DNA of 20,000 bases from an uncultured Acidimicrobiales bacterium (GTDB taxonomy: Bacteria; Actinomycetota; Acidimicrobiia; Acidimicrobiales; UBA10347). Position 1 is the stretch's first letter, and every line of letters starts with the position of its first letter. The DNA lies in NCBI GenBank assembly GCA_943788915.1, contig CALSSD010000008.1, forward strand, positions 367,355-387,354, read 5' to 3'. The translations under genes were made by a program, and so were the position numbers. The notes beneath the pieces are model-generated. The model made no database searches. It was given only the letters and a program-made list of their open reading frames with translations, and was not told where the DNA came from. Below are positions 8,966-18,319 of the stretch, in pieces.

Positions 8966-10791
8966 CAGTCTTCGTCTTCAACGATTTCTGCGTCGACGAT
9001 GTCATCGTCGCTTGAGTCACCATCGGCTGAATCATCTGCGCCATCGGTGTTTTCGGCGCTGGCCTGTTCGTAGAGGCGCTGACTGAACTGCTGGCTGGCG
9101 TTCATCAAGGCTTCGGTTGCACCACGGATGGCATCGAGATCCTCGCCCTCGAGCTGGGTATTGAGGGCGGCCAACTTTTCGTCGACTTCGGATCGTTCTT
9201 CGTCGGTGATCTTTTCGCCGTGCTCGCGTAGCAGCTTTTCGGTTTGGTACACGAGCGTGTCCGCGTTGTTCCGGACCTCGGCTTCGTCGCGGCGACGTTT
9301 GTCTTCGTCGGCGTGAGACTCGGCGTCTTTAATCATCTGGTCGATGGCGTCCTTGTCGAGCGAGGACTGGCCAGTGATAGTGATTGACTGTTCCTTGTTG
9401 GTGGCCCGATCCTTGGCAGACACATGCACGATGCCGTTGGCATCGATATCGAAGGTCACTTCGATCTGAGGGACACCTCGAGGCGCAGGCGGCAGGTCAA
9501 CCAGCTGAAACTTACCCAGTGTCTTGTTGAACTGAGCCATCTCGCGCTCGCCCTGGAGTACATGGATTTCAACCGATGGCTGACTGTCGTCGGCGGTGGT
9601 GAAGACCTCGGTACGTTTAGTAGGGATCGTGGTGTTTCGTTCGATCAGGGTGGTCATGACACCACCCTTGGTCTCAATGCCAAGTGACAGTGGCGTGACG
9701 TCGAGCAAAAGCACGTCGGTGACTTCGCCTTTAAGCACACCAGCCTGAACGGCAGCGCCGATCGCTACTACTTCGTCGGGGTTCACACCCTTGTGCGGAT
9801 CGTTGCCCGTGAGCTCCTTGACTAGTTCGCTCACTGCTGGCATACGGGTTGAGCCACCCACCAAGATGACATGTTCGATGTCGCCCATTACTAGGCCCGC
9901 ATCCTTGATCGCACTCTCGAATGGGCTGCGGGTGCGGTCGAGCAAGTCGCTGGTCATCTCTTGGAACTTTGACCGGCTCAGTGTGTAATCAAGGTGGAGC
10001 GGGCCCGAGTCGGTAGCGGTGATGAACGGCAGGTTGATTTGCGTCTCTTGTTTCACCGAAAGTTCGATCTTGGCGTTTTCAGCGGCTTCCTTAAGGCGCT
10101 GCATAGCCATGCTGTCACCTGACAGGTCAACACCATGGTCGTTCTTGAACGACGTCGCCATCCACTCAATGACCGCTTCGTCCCAATCGTCGCCACCAAG
10201 TTTGGTGTCGCCGCTGGTTGACTTCACTTCGAATACACCATCGCCGATTTCGAGCACCGAAACGTCGAACGTGCCGCCACCGAGGTCGAAAACCAACACG
10301 GTCTGGTCGGTGTCCTTGTCGAGGCCGTAAGCCAGCGCAGCTGCAGTTGGTTCGTTGATAATGCGCAGGACTTCGAGACCGGCGATCTGGCCGGCTTCTT
10401 TGGTGGCAGTGCGCTGGGCATCATCGAAGTACGCCGGCACAGTAATAACTGCTTGGGTGACAGCTTCGCCCAGGTAGGCCTCGGCATCACGCTTGAGCTT
10501 CTGCAACGTACGAGCAGAGACTTCTTGAGGGGTGTAGTCCTTGCCATCGATATCGATGGTCCAACCGCTACCCATATGGCGCTTGACCGAACGCAGCGTG
10601 CGGTCGGGGTTGGTGATTGCCTGGCGCTTTGCGACCTCGCCCATCAGAACTTCGCCACTCTTGGCGAATGCAACAACCGACGGGGTGGTGCGAGCGCCTT
10701 CGGCGTTCGCGATGACGACAGGGTCGCCACCTTCGAGGACAGCAACTACCGAGTTGGTGGTTCCGAGGTCAATACCGACCGCTTTAGCCAT
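8965..10791 (-). CDS. dnaK: Chaperone DnaK (Hsp70)
   Basis: [51 protein letters not shown] 10791 after AGGAG. Lacks the N-terminal insert of diderm DnaKs. Confidence 0.99.
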   Translation of the reverse strand: MAKAVGIDLGTTNSVVAVLEGGDPVVIANAEGARTTPSVVAFAKSGEVLMGEVAKRQAITNPDRTLRSVKRHMGSGWTIDIDGKDYTPQEVSARTLQKLKRDAEAYLGEAVTQAVITVPAYFDDAQRTATKEAGQIAGLEVLRIINEPTAAALAYGLDKDTDQTVLVFDLGGGTFDVSVLEIGDGVFEVKSTSGDTKLGGDDWDEAVIEWMATSFKNDHGVDLSGDSMAMQRLKEAAENAKIELSVKQETQINLPFITATDSGPLHLDYTLSRSKFQEMTSDLLDRTRSPFESAIKDAGLVMGDIEHVILVGGSTRMPAVSELVKELTGNDPHKGVNPDEVVAIGAAVQAGVLKGEVTDVLLLDVTPLSLGIETKGGVMTTLIERNTTIPTKRTEVFTTADDSQPSVEIHVLQGEREMAQFNKTLGKFQLVDLPPAPRGVPQIEVTFDIDANGIVHVSAKDRATNKEQSITITGQSSLDKDAIDQMIKDAESHADEDKRRRDEAEVRNNADTLVYQTEKLLREHGEKITDEERSEVDEKLAALNTQLEGEDLDAIRGATEALMNASQQFSQRLYEQASAENTDGADDSADGDSSDDDIVDAEIVEDED

Positions 10792-10955
10792 GATGTGTTT
10801 CTCCTGCGTACTCAACGCTGTATTACTCAGCACCGTGTTAACTGTTGACTACCACGGTGTTGAGCGTGTGGTGGGGTTTCGATTGGGTACATCCACGCCG
10901 TCAAACGCCAAGGGTGGCGGTCAGATGTGCTGTGGAGCGTACGTGACGAAACGTG

Positions 10956-10982
10956 CAACCAACGACCCCTATGGTGCATTCC
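10956..10982 (-). promoter_or_regulatory. SigH/SigR-type ECF promoter for the dnaK operon
   Basis: Minus strand GGAAT-gcaccataggggtcgttg(18 nt)-GTTG, matching the GGAAT-N18-GTT consensus of Streptomyces SigR / mycobacterial SigH. Confidence 0.7.
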
Positions 10983-11250
10983 AAGAAAACTTGACAATCT
11001 CAATTTAGGGTCAATTTTGGCACGACCGCCATGGCCCGAAAGCTCTCAGTTCTTTCGATCACTCGGACCAGCATTTCAGTCGCCGTTCACCCATAACAAC
11101 GACGGGAATCAACCTTGTTCTCGATCCCTGGGCGCCAGACTTTGCACCGTTCAACAACCACCACCAGCCTGATAACAGGTCGGCTTCCAAACCTCTCGTG
11201 ACAGTTGGGTGCCGAGATAGAAGGCACAACACAGTAGAGTCGTGCCCACC

Positions 11251-13734
11251 ATGGCAACTGTTACTGAAGACGTGGTTGAAACCAGCGCGGGCGACAAGCG
11301 CGGTATTCGACCAAACCACATAATCATTGGCCTCTGGACTGGCGTGGCCGTGATCACGGCAGTGTCGGGCATCGCGGCAGCGGTGTTCGAGTTCCATCAC
11401 GAAGAGGGCGCGCAGACCCGTGAGGTGTTTGGGAATATCCCAAGCCCGATAAAGGCCATGTTCTATGCCTTGATCCCCACGCTGTTGATCTACGTCGGCT
11501 TCCAGCTGTCGTTCCGGGTCAAGAACTGGCAGCGCGGCGCTCCCGAGAACCGCAAGACAACCAAGAAGAACGTCAAACAGCGCCTGGCCGACATGCGGGC
11601 CGGCCTGTACATGCAGACACTCATGCGTGATCCCATCGCCGGAATCATGCACTCGATGATCTACTTCGGCTTCCTCATACTGATGGCCGTAACCACCACA
11701 CTCGAGATTGATCACCAGCTGCCCGAATCACTCAAGTTCCTCGACGGCGGGGTGTACAAGGGATACGCACTGGTCGGTGATGCTGCCGGTCTCATGTTCT
11801 TCGCCGGTCTTATGTGGGCACTCAGCCGCCGCCTCGGCCCACGTTCCATGCAGCCGTACCGCATCCGCATCAAGAACAAGCCAGAACACTTCGTGATCCT
11901 GGGCACGTTGCTCGCGATCTCGATCAGTGGCTTCGGCGCCGAAGCATTCCGGATTGCCCTCGACGGTTCACCTTCGTACGAAAAGTGGTCGTTTATTGGT
12001 TACCCACTTGCCCAGCTCGTTGATGGCATGGACAGCCTGAGCGGCTGGCACCAAGCATGGTGGATCGCACACGTGATCTCGTTCGCTCTGTTCCTGATCA
12101 TCTTGCCGACCACGATGTTGCGCCACATGGTGACCTCGCCAGCAAACATGTATCTCAAGGATCGTGATCGTCCAAAGGGCGCCATGAAACCCATGGCCAA
12201 CCTGATGGAAACCGAGATGGAGAGCTTCGGCGCCTCGGTCATCGAAGACTTCACCTGGAAGCAACTCATGGACACCGACTCGTGCACCATGTGCGGTCGG
12301 TGCACCGCGGTGTGCCCAGCTAGCGCTACTGGCAAGTCACTCGATCCCCGCGAAATCGTGCTCAAGACCGGCGAGGTCATGGCCCGTTCCGGCACCCCCC
12401 AGGTCACACCCCCGATTGGGGTCGACAAGGAAATCGCTCTGGCCAACGAGCCTGGCAACATTCTGGTCGCGCCAAACAACGTCTTTGACCGCATCACCAG
12501 CGAAGAGATCTGGGCCTGCACCACGTGTAAGGCATGTGACGAGAACTGTCCGGTCAACATCGAGATCCTCGACAAGATCTTGGACATGCGTCGTTACCTG
12601 TCACTCATGGAAAGCGACTTCCCCGCCGAGCTTGGCAATGCCTACCGGGCCATGGAAAATCAAGGCAATCCGTGGGGCATGGGCCAAGGCGAACGAGCCG
12701 ACTGGGCATCGGAATTCGAAGGCCTCGAAGTCCTCGACGGCGGCGATCCAATGACCGCCGAATACTTGTACTGGGTTGGTTGCGCAGGCAGTTTCGACGA
12801 CAAGAACAAGAAGGTCTCGCAAGCCTTCAGCAAGCTCATGGATCGCGCCGGCGTCAGCTTCGCAATCTTGGGCCCATCAGAAATGTGCACCGGTGACCCA
12901 GCTCGCCGTTCCGGCAACGAATACATCTTCCAGATGTTGGCGATGCAGAACATCGAGACACTGAACTCGATGGGTGTGAAGAAGATTGTGGCCCAGTGTC
13001 CACACTGTTTCAACACGCTCGCTAACGAGTACCCACAACTCGGCGGTCACTACGAAGTTGTGCACCACAGCCAGTTGCTCGAAGACCTCATCGACAGCGG
13101 CAAACTCGATGTCACGAACGCCACGCTCGAAGATCGCCTCGTGTACCACGACTCGTGTTACCTGGGTCGCCACAACGACGTGTACCTGTCACCACGAAAC
13201 GTGGTCGGTTCTATCGGTGGCATTCAGGTCGTCGAAGCCGAACGCAACGGCACCAAGGGCATGTGTTGCGGCGCCGGTGGCGCTCGTATGTGGATGGAAG
13301 AACACGTCGGCAAACAGATCAACGTCGAACGTTCACAAGAACTGCTTGCAACGGGTGCTACTCGCATCGCTACGGCGTGCCCATTCTGTTACGTGATGAT
13401 CGATGACGGCATCAAGGGCGAAGGTGTCGAAGACGGCGAAGTGCTGGTCCAGGACATTGCGATGCACCTGCTCGACGCCATCGAGGAGGGCGAAGCCAAG
13501 GCACAAGCCACGATGGTGAATGTCACCCTGAAACCAACGGCCGAACGAGTCACCGCAGAGAAGATCGAGCTTCCACTCGGCTTCGGCATGCACGGTGACC
13601 TCGACGGCGACGGCATCAGGGACACCGACGCTGAGCCCGGCCCCATTGCCGCGCTCGTTGGTGAGACCCACCTCAGTCACAACGACGCCAACGTTGATGA
13701 AGCCGGTGTGGATGAAGCTGACGAAGAGGAATAA
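11251..13734 (+). CDS. Membrane-bound Fe-S oxidoreductase, FadF/EtfD (Rv0338c)-like: membrane domain, 4Fe-4S dicluster, two CCG domains
   Basis: Several TM helices with His residues; CTMCGRCTAVCP, CTTCKACDENCP; YWVGC, CTGD, CPHC, YHDSCYLGRHN, CCGAGG, ACPFC. Confidence 0.92.
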   Translation: MATVTEDVVETSAGDKRGIRPNHIIIGLWTGVAVITAVSGIAAAVFEFHHEEGAQTREVFGNIPSPIKAMFYALIPTLLIYVGFQLSFRVKNWQRGAPENRKTTKKNVKQRLADMRAGLYMQTLMRDPIAGIMHSMIYFGFLILMAVTTTLEIDHQLPESLKFLDGGVYKGYALVGDAAGLMFFAGLMWALSRRLGPRSMQPYRIRIKNKPEHFVILGTLLAISISGFGAEAFRIALDGSPSYEKWSFIGYPLAQLVDGMDSLSGWHQAWWIAHVISFALFLIILPTTMLRHMVTSPANMYLKDRDRPKGAMKPMANLMETEMESFGASVIEDFTWKQLMDTDSCTMCGRCTAVCPASATGKSLDPREIVLKTGEVMARSGTPQVTPPIGVDKEIALANEPGNILVAPNNVFDRITSEEIWACTTCKACDENCPVNIEILDKILDMRRYLSLMESDFPAELGNAYRAMENQGNPWGMGQGERADWASEFEGLEVLDGGDPMTAEYLYWVGCAGSFDDKNKKVSQAFSKLMDRAGVSFAILGPSEMCTGDPARRSGNEYIFQMLAMQNIETLNSMGVKKIVAQCPHCFNTLANEYPQLGGHYEVVHHSQLLEDLIDSGKLDVTNATLEDRLVYHDSCYLGRHNDVYLSPRNVVGSIGGIQVVEAERNGTKGMCCGAGGARMWMEEHVGKQINVERSQELLATGATRIATACPFCYVMIDDGIKGEGVEDGEVLVQDIAMHLLDAIEEGEAKAQATMVNVTLKPTAERVTAEKIELPLGFGMHGDLDGDGIRDTDAEPGPIAALVGETHLSHNDANVDEAGVDEADEEE

Positions 13735-13753
13735 CCCGCCCCACTAGTTTCTG

Positions 13754-13798
13754 AGAAGCCCGGTGCGCCAACGTGCGCACCGGGCTTCTTCGCGTTTT
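13754..13798 (+). terminator. Intrinsic terminator after the oxidoreductase
   Basis: agaagcccggtgcgc-caacgt-gcgcaccgggcttct, perfect 15-bp stem followed by tcgcgtttt. Confidence 0.8.
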
Positions 13799-13881
13799 AG
13801 GCGACCGCTGTTGAGCAAGGTGGTTGGTCGCAGGATCAGCCACGATCGCGATGGTCCTCGGCAACGATGTAGCCTGCGGAC

Positions 13882-14316
13882 ATGAATCTTGGTGGCCCTG
13901 AACTCCTGATCGTGGTGGCCATTGCCGTGTTGTTGTTCGGCTCAGGATGGCTGCCCAAGGCAGCAAAGAACCTGGGCAAAGCCAAGGTCGAGTTCGACGA
14001 GGTTCAGCGCCAGTTCAACGAGACCAAGGACTCGGTGGTCGAAGCGACCGGGATGAGGGAACTCGAATCGACCATGCGTAAGGCCAACAAGGTCATCAAC
14101 ACCTCACCTCAAAAGCTCATGAAGGACGCTGCCAAGTCCGCGGTCACTAGCAGCGAGGCAGCCGCCGCCGGCCAAAACGACACCGAGTCGGAGCAATCAG
14201 AAGACGGCATCGAAGACGCCGAGATTGTGGAGCCGGCGACCTCGACCAAACCAGCCAAGTCGGCCGACAGTCCCGACACACCCGGCGACACCAACATCAA
14301 CGTCGACTTCCGGTAG
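13882..14316 (+). CDS. Twin-arginine translocase TatA/TatB-family subunit
   Basis: MNLGGPELLIVVAIAVLLFG, LP..AKNLGKA..EF amphipathic helix, acidic tail; TAGCCT 6 nt before ATG. Confidence 0.85.
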   Translation: MNLGGPELLIVVAIAVLLFGSGWLPKAAKNLGKAKVEFDEVQRQFNETKDSVVEATGMRELESTMRKANKVINTSPQKLMKDAAKSAVTSSEAAAAGQNDTESEQSEDGIEDAEIVEPATSTKPAKSADSPDTPGDTNINVDFR

Positions 14317-14324
14317 TTCAGCTT

Positions 14325-14435
14325 TCAGGCCGGTTCAGCTTCACTTTTGCTGGTGGCAGTGGACATGACACGGTGCACGTCGGCGTGGCAGTTCGCTTGT
14401 GATCGTGTGGCCATACCCCTCCAACACTCGGCCAC
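14325..14435 (-). CDS. Putative microprotein (36 aa from GTG 14435, or 29 aa from ATG 14414)
   Basis: MAECWRGMATRSQANCHADVHRVMSTATSKSEAEPA*; both in-frame starts follow GGAGG-type sequences. Confidence 0.35.
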   Translation of the reverse strand: MAECWRGMATRSQANCHADVHRVMSTATSKSEAEPA

Positions 14436-14541
14436 TCCTCCCCTCCCTTATGGAGTTGCTCGCAGAGTGCGGCCACACCAAGAAGCAGCGTGAGTCAACG
14501 AGTCGCCGAGAAGATCCTTCGCAACAAGAGTGAGGGAACCA

Positions 14542-14937
14542 TTAGCCGTTTCGTCGCAGAGACATCCCAGTCGTGTGTTCGGGCACAACAAAGCCAAACT
14601 TTTGATACAGCCAGTCGATGTCAGCAAACAGATTGACGATCGTCGACGCAGGCAACGTGTCAACAAACTCCATGATCTTCTCCATGATCATTCGCGACAG
14701 GCCCTGCCCCTGCCAGTCCGGATGCACCGCTATGTCCACGACCTGCACATGGAGACCGTCGCCAACAACCCGCCCCATGCCGACCAACCGACCGTCTTCG
14801 CGCAACGTCACCGCGTAACGTGATCGGGGAAGTGCATCGACTGCCGCGACAGGGTCCATTGCCGACAAGCCGGTAGCAATTCGCAGCGCGCAGTATTCGT
14901 CGACGGTTGGCAGTGCAGCTGCGACGTCAACACTCAT
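14542..14937 (-). CDS. GNAT-family N-acetyltransferase
   Basis: GRLVGMGRVVGDG, VVDIAVHPDWQGQGLSR (acetyl-CoA motif A), LYQKFGF; ATG 5 nt after the dcd stop. Confidence 0.92.
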   Translation of the reverse strand: MSVDVAAALPTVDEYCALRIATGLSAMDPVAAVDALPRSRYAVTLREDGRLVGMGRVVGDGLHVQVVDIAVHPDWQGQGLSRMIMEKIMEFVDTLPASTIVNLFADIDWLYQKFGFVVPEHTTGMSLRRNG

Positions 14938-14942
14938 TTCGC

Positions 14943-15508
14943 CTAACCGAAGTTCTCGTTGTAGCGACTGGCGATGGGGCCGACCTGGTCTTGGTACTTC
15001 GAACCAACCTCGCCGGAACCATACGGATGGTCGGCTTCGGTAGTCATTTGCATGAAGCTCATCTGGCCGATCTTCATGCTCGGATACAGCGTGATCGGCA
15101 AGCTGGCCACGTTCGACAGCTCGAGCGTGAGCTGGCCATTCCAGCCAGCGTCGACGAAACCGGCAGTGGAATGGATGAGCAGGCCGAGGCGGCCCAGGCT
15201 GCTCTTGCCTTCGATCCGTGCAACCAATTGTTCGGCACCTTGACCCGCTCGAGGGTGGACCCGAGCACGAACTCACCCGGATGCAAGATGAACGGCTGGT
15301 CATCGTCGTTGATCTCGACCAACTCGGTCAAGTCACTCAAGTCCTCTTTGACATCGATAATGGCTCGGGTGTGATTCCGAAAGATTCGGAACGACGGCGC
15401 CAGTCGCAAATCAATTGACGATGGTTGAATCGCGTTATCCCCCAAGGGTTCAACTTCGATAGTTCCGGCAGCGAGTGCTTCACGCAGGCTGCGGTCGCTC
15501 AACATCAT
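14943..15508 (-). pseudogene. dcd: dCTP deaminase split by a 1-nt frameshift (sequencing error or pseudogene)
   Basis: N-half MMLSDR...IQPSSIDLRL...[15 protein letters not shown]...VPNN; C-half in another frame [37 protein letters not shown]...KIGQ...SKYQ. Junction at ~15226-15228. Confidence 0.9.
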
Positions 15509-15528
15509 GCTGTGTCGCTCATGCTGTG

Positions 15529-16233
15529 TCACTCATAGTTGGGATCGGCTTTCTCGTTCTCTACGGCTTTGACTTTGAGTTCAATCACATCGGCGCCGTG
15601 GTCGGTTGGCAGTTGGAGCTGGCGGCCTTGTTGGGCCCACAGTTCTTGATGCCAGTGCAGACGACACCGGAGTTCATAACTGGTGGCTGCTTCGCTGCGA
15701 TCGTTCGTGTCGCCCACCACCTTGAGTGCGCCAGCGTAGACCTGGCGACCGTCGACCAGACGGGCATTGTGGGTAGCCCGATTACCGCAATAACAACGCG
15801 CTTCGACTTGCAGTTCACTTCGTTCGTCGGCAAGTTCCAACAGCCGGGCAGTACCCGGAAAAAGCTGGCCTTGAAAACTGGTGAGCAAACCAAAGGCAAA
15901 CACATCAACACTCAGCAGGTCGACTACCTGCGCCAGTTGCTCAATCTGTTCGGGTGAATAGAACTGGGCTTCGTCGCACACGATTGCATCAAGACCCTCT
16001 TCGATCACCAGTGTGCGAGCAATACTCAACAGATCCGTGTCAGGTGTGACGATCTGCGCTTCGGCCGACACGCCAAGCCGGCTTGATACCCGGCCTTCCT
16101 CGCGATCGAGCTGGCTGATCAACAACACCTGCAGACCACGAGTCGTCAGATTGTGGTGGATCTGCAGCGCCTGGGTGCTCTTGCCCGACCCCATCGTGCC
16201 GAAGAAGAACTTCAGCTTCGAGCCCCTGCTCAT
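15529..16233 (-). CDS. tdk: Thymidine kinase
   Basis: P-loop FGTMGSGKST, VSSRLG, CDEAQF, F.GQLFPG, zinc-site residues CYCG and CRLH; ATG after GAGG. Confidence 0.95.
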   Translation of the reverse strand: MSRGSKLKFFFGTMGSGKSTQALQIHHNLTTRGLQVLLISQLDREEGRVSSRLGVSAEAQIVTPDTDLLSIARTLVIEEGLDAIVCDEAQFYSPEQIEQLAQVVDLLSVDVFAFGLLTSFQGQLFPGTARLLELADERSELQVEARCYCGNRATHNARLVDGRQVYAGALKVVGDTNDRSEAATSYELRCRLHWHQELWAQQGRQLQLPTDHGADVIELKVKAVENEKADPNYE

Positions 16234-16243
16234 GCGAGTCCTC

Positions 16244-17131
16244 TCATGTGTTTGATGCTTCGAAGATCGACGCAATCGAGGCATCGAGCGTTTCATCGAA
16301 ATCGACATCGCTGTGGCCGTCGGATAACCCTTCGGCGAGCGCTCGAGAAAAGCTCGCGATCATGCCATTGTTCTGCGCCAGCTTGGCGTTGGCGAGGGCA
16401 CGGTCATAGCCACCAGACAACGCAACCACTCGTAACACTCGTGGGTCAGCGATCAGATCCGTGTACCAATTCGGCTCATCAGGAAGGGTCAATTTGAGCA
16501 TGACCTGGCTGCCGGCAGGAAGTCGGTCAAGTTGGGCGCTGATCTCATCGCGAAGTAACGCTTCGGCCTGAGCCTTGTCGGGGCAATGAATAGATACCTC
16601 AGGCTCGATGATCGGCATGAGATCGGCCGCAAGAATCTGCAGGCCGACATCGAATTGTTGCTCGACAACCGCACGCACACCCGTGACAGCGGCTTGGCTG
16701 ATCAACGACCTCATCTTGGTTCCGTAAACACCCCGTTCAGTAGCGCGAGCCAACAGTTTGTCCAGGTCAGGGTTCGGCTTCATGACCTGGACGCCATTCG
16801 CCATCTCGGCCAGTCCTTTATCGACCTTCAGAAACGGCACAATCTGTTTCTGTGACCACAGGTATTCGGCGGTGTACAGGCCCTGGACCTTGCGATCCAT
16901 GGTCATCTCGAACAGGATCGCACCCAAAATCCGATCACCGTCGAAACTCGGTGACGTCATGATGCGAGTGCGCATGGCATGAACCAAATCGAACATCTCA
17001 TCGTCGGAACTAAACCGGGTTTCATCAATGCCATAGGCCGCGAGAGCACCCGGTGTGCTGCCGCCGCTTTGGTCGAGCGCAGCGATAAAACCTGGCGCTG
17101 ATTCGATTCGATTTCGCTGCTCGTCTCCCAC
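16244..17131 (-). CDS. fda: Fructose-bisphosphate aldolase class I (Fda-type)
   Basis: GFIAALDQSGGSTP, GAILFE, VPFLKVDKGL, GTKMRS, PIIEPEV, MLKLTLP, VVALSGGY, ASFSRAL; GTG 17131 after GAGG. Confidence 0.95.
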   Translation of the reverse strand: MGDEQRNRIESAPGFIAALDQSGGSTPGALAAYGIDETRFSSDDEMFDLVHAMRTRIMTSPSFDGDRILGAILFEMTMDRKVQGLYTAEYLWSQKQIVPFLKVDKGLAEMANGVQVMKPNPDLDKLLARATERGVYGTKMRSLISQAAVTGVRAVVEQQFDVGLQILAADLMPIIEPEVSIHCPDKAQAEALLRDEISAQLDRLPAGSQVMLKLTLPDEPNWYTDLIADPRVLRVVALSGGYDRALANAKLAQNNGMIASFSRALAEGLSDGHSDVDFDETLDASIASIFEASNT

Positions 17132-17220
17132 AAGACGTCCTCTCGAACTGGGTGGTGTTCGGCAATACCACGACTCCGAACCTCGGTCCACCTGCACACT
17201 ACGCGGTTAACATCAACGCC

Positions 17221-18243
17221 GTGCACACCTTGAATGTCGCGTTGACCGGCGCCACCGGATACATCGCAAGTCATATCGCTGTTGCCCTCGCCGAACACGG
17301 GCACTGGGTCGTCGGACTCGACAATTTTGTCAACAGCTCGCCACTTGTGCTTGACCGTCTCGCCACGATCTCCGACACCGGCATGCCATTTGAGGAGCTT
17401 GACCTGTCGCAGACCGACGAGGTCGCTTCGTTTCTCTCGACCAACAAGGTCGACGCTGTCATCCATCTCGCAGGGCTCAAGTCGGTGGCCGATTCTGTCG
17501 CTGAGCCGCTGCGTTACTACGAGAACAATGTCGCTGGCAGCATCAGCTTGCTGACGGCGATGGAGCAGGCCAAGGTGCACGGCATTGTGTTCTCGTCCTC
17601 GGCCACGGTGTATAACCCTGACCAGGTCAGCCCGCTCAGCGAAGACGCAGAAACTGGACCGATCAATCCCTACGGCCGAACCAAGTTCATGGTCGAGCAG
17701 ATCATTAACGACGTGGCCGCGTCATCACCGCTTAAGGCCATCAACCTGCGATACTTCAACCCCGTCGGTGCCCACCCCAGTGGGCTGATCGGCGAAGACC
17801 CCATCGGCCCGCCAAACAATCTCATGCCCTTTGTCATGCAGGTCGCCGTCGGCATGCGGGACGAAGTCCTGATCTTTGGCGACGACTACACCACTCCCGA
17901 CGGCACTGGCGTACGCGATTACATCCATGTGTGTGATCTCGCCGACGGACACGTCGCGGCGGTAGATGCGCTTGCCAACAGTGGGTCAAGCCAAACGATC
18001 AATCTGGGAACAGGCGTTGGTTCATCGGTGCTCGATGTACTCGCTGCAGCCGAACGAGCTGCAGACCGAACCATCCCCCATCGTGTTGTTGGACGCCGTC
18101 CCGGCGATGCCGCTATCAGCTACGCCGACCCCACCCGAGCACACGAACAACTCGGCTGGCGGGCCCAAAGATCCCTGGCCGATGCGTGTGTTGATCACTG
18201 GCGCTGGCAAGATCAAAACCCACAGGGCTATTCCAGCTCGTAA
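17221..18243 (+). CDS. galE: UDP-glucose 4-epimerase
   Basis: TGATGYIASH, VIHLAGLKSV, FSSSATVY, PYGRTK, LRYFNPVGAHPSG, DGTGVRDYIHV, RRPGD; TAACAT 7 nt before GTG 17221. Confidence 0.95.
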   Translation: MHTLNVALTGATGYIASHIAVALAEHGHWVVGLDNFVNSSPLVLDRLATISDTGMPFEELDLSQTDEVASFLSTNKVDAVIHLAGLKSVADSVAEPLRYYENNVAGSISLLTAMEQAKVHGIVFSSSATVYNPDQVSPLSEDAETGPINPYGRTKFMVEQIINDVAASSPLKAINLRYFNPVGAHPSGLIGEDPIGPPNNLMPFVMQVAVGMRDEVLIFGDDYTTPDGTGVRDYIHVCDLADGHVAAVDALANSGSSQTINLGTGVGSSVLDVLAAAERAADRTIPHRVVGRRPGDAAISYADPTRAHEQLGWRAQRSLADACVDHWRWQDQNPQGYSSS

Positions 18244-18319
18244 CATCACTTCGTCGCCAACCACTTGTGCGGTTGCCGGCTTCCACCCTTTTCACTCCCC
18301 AGACTCACTGGAGCACCAA

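Noticed and set aside
14938..15303. Long N-terminal extension of the GNAT ORF
   Set aside because: It is an off-frame reading of dcd; the GNAT fold begins at ATG 14937.
17966..18319. N-terminal extension of the DegV ORF (also upstream extensions of dnaK, tdk, fda and galE in the ORF track)
   Set aside because: They overlap neighbouring genes or promoters; family-typical starts with RBS or -10 lie downstream.
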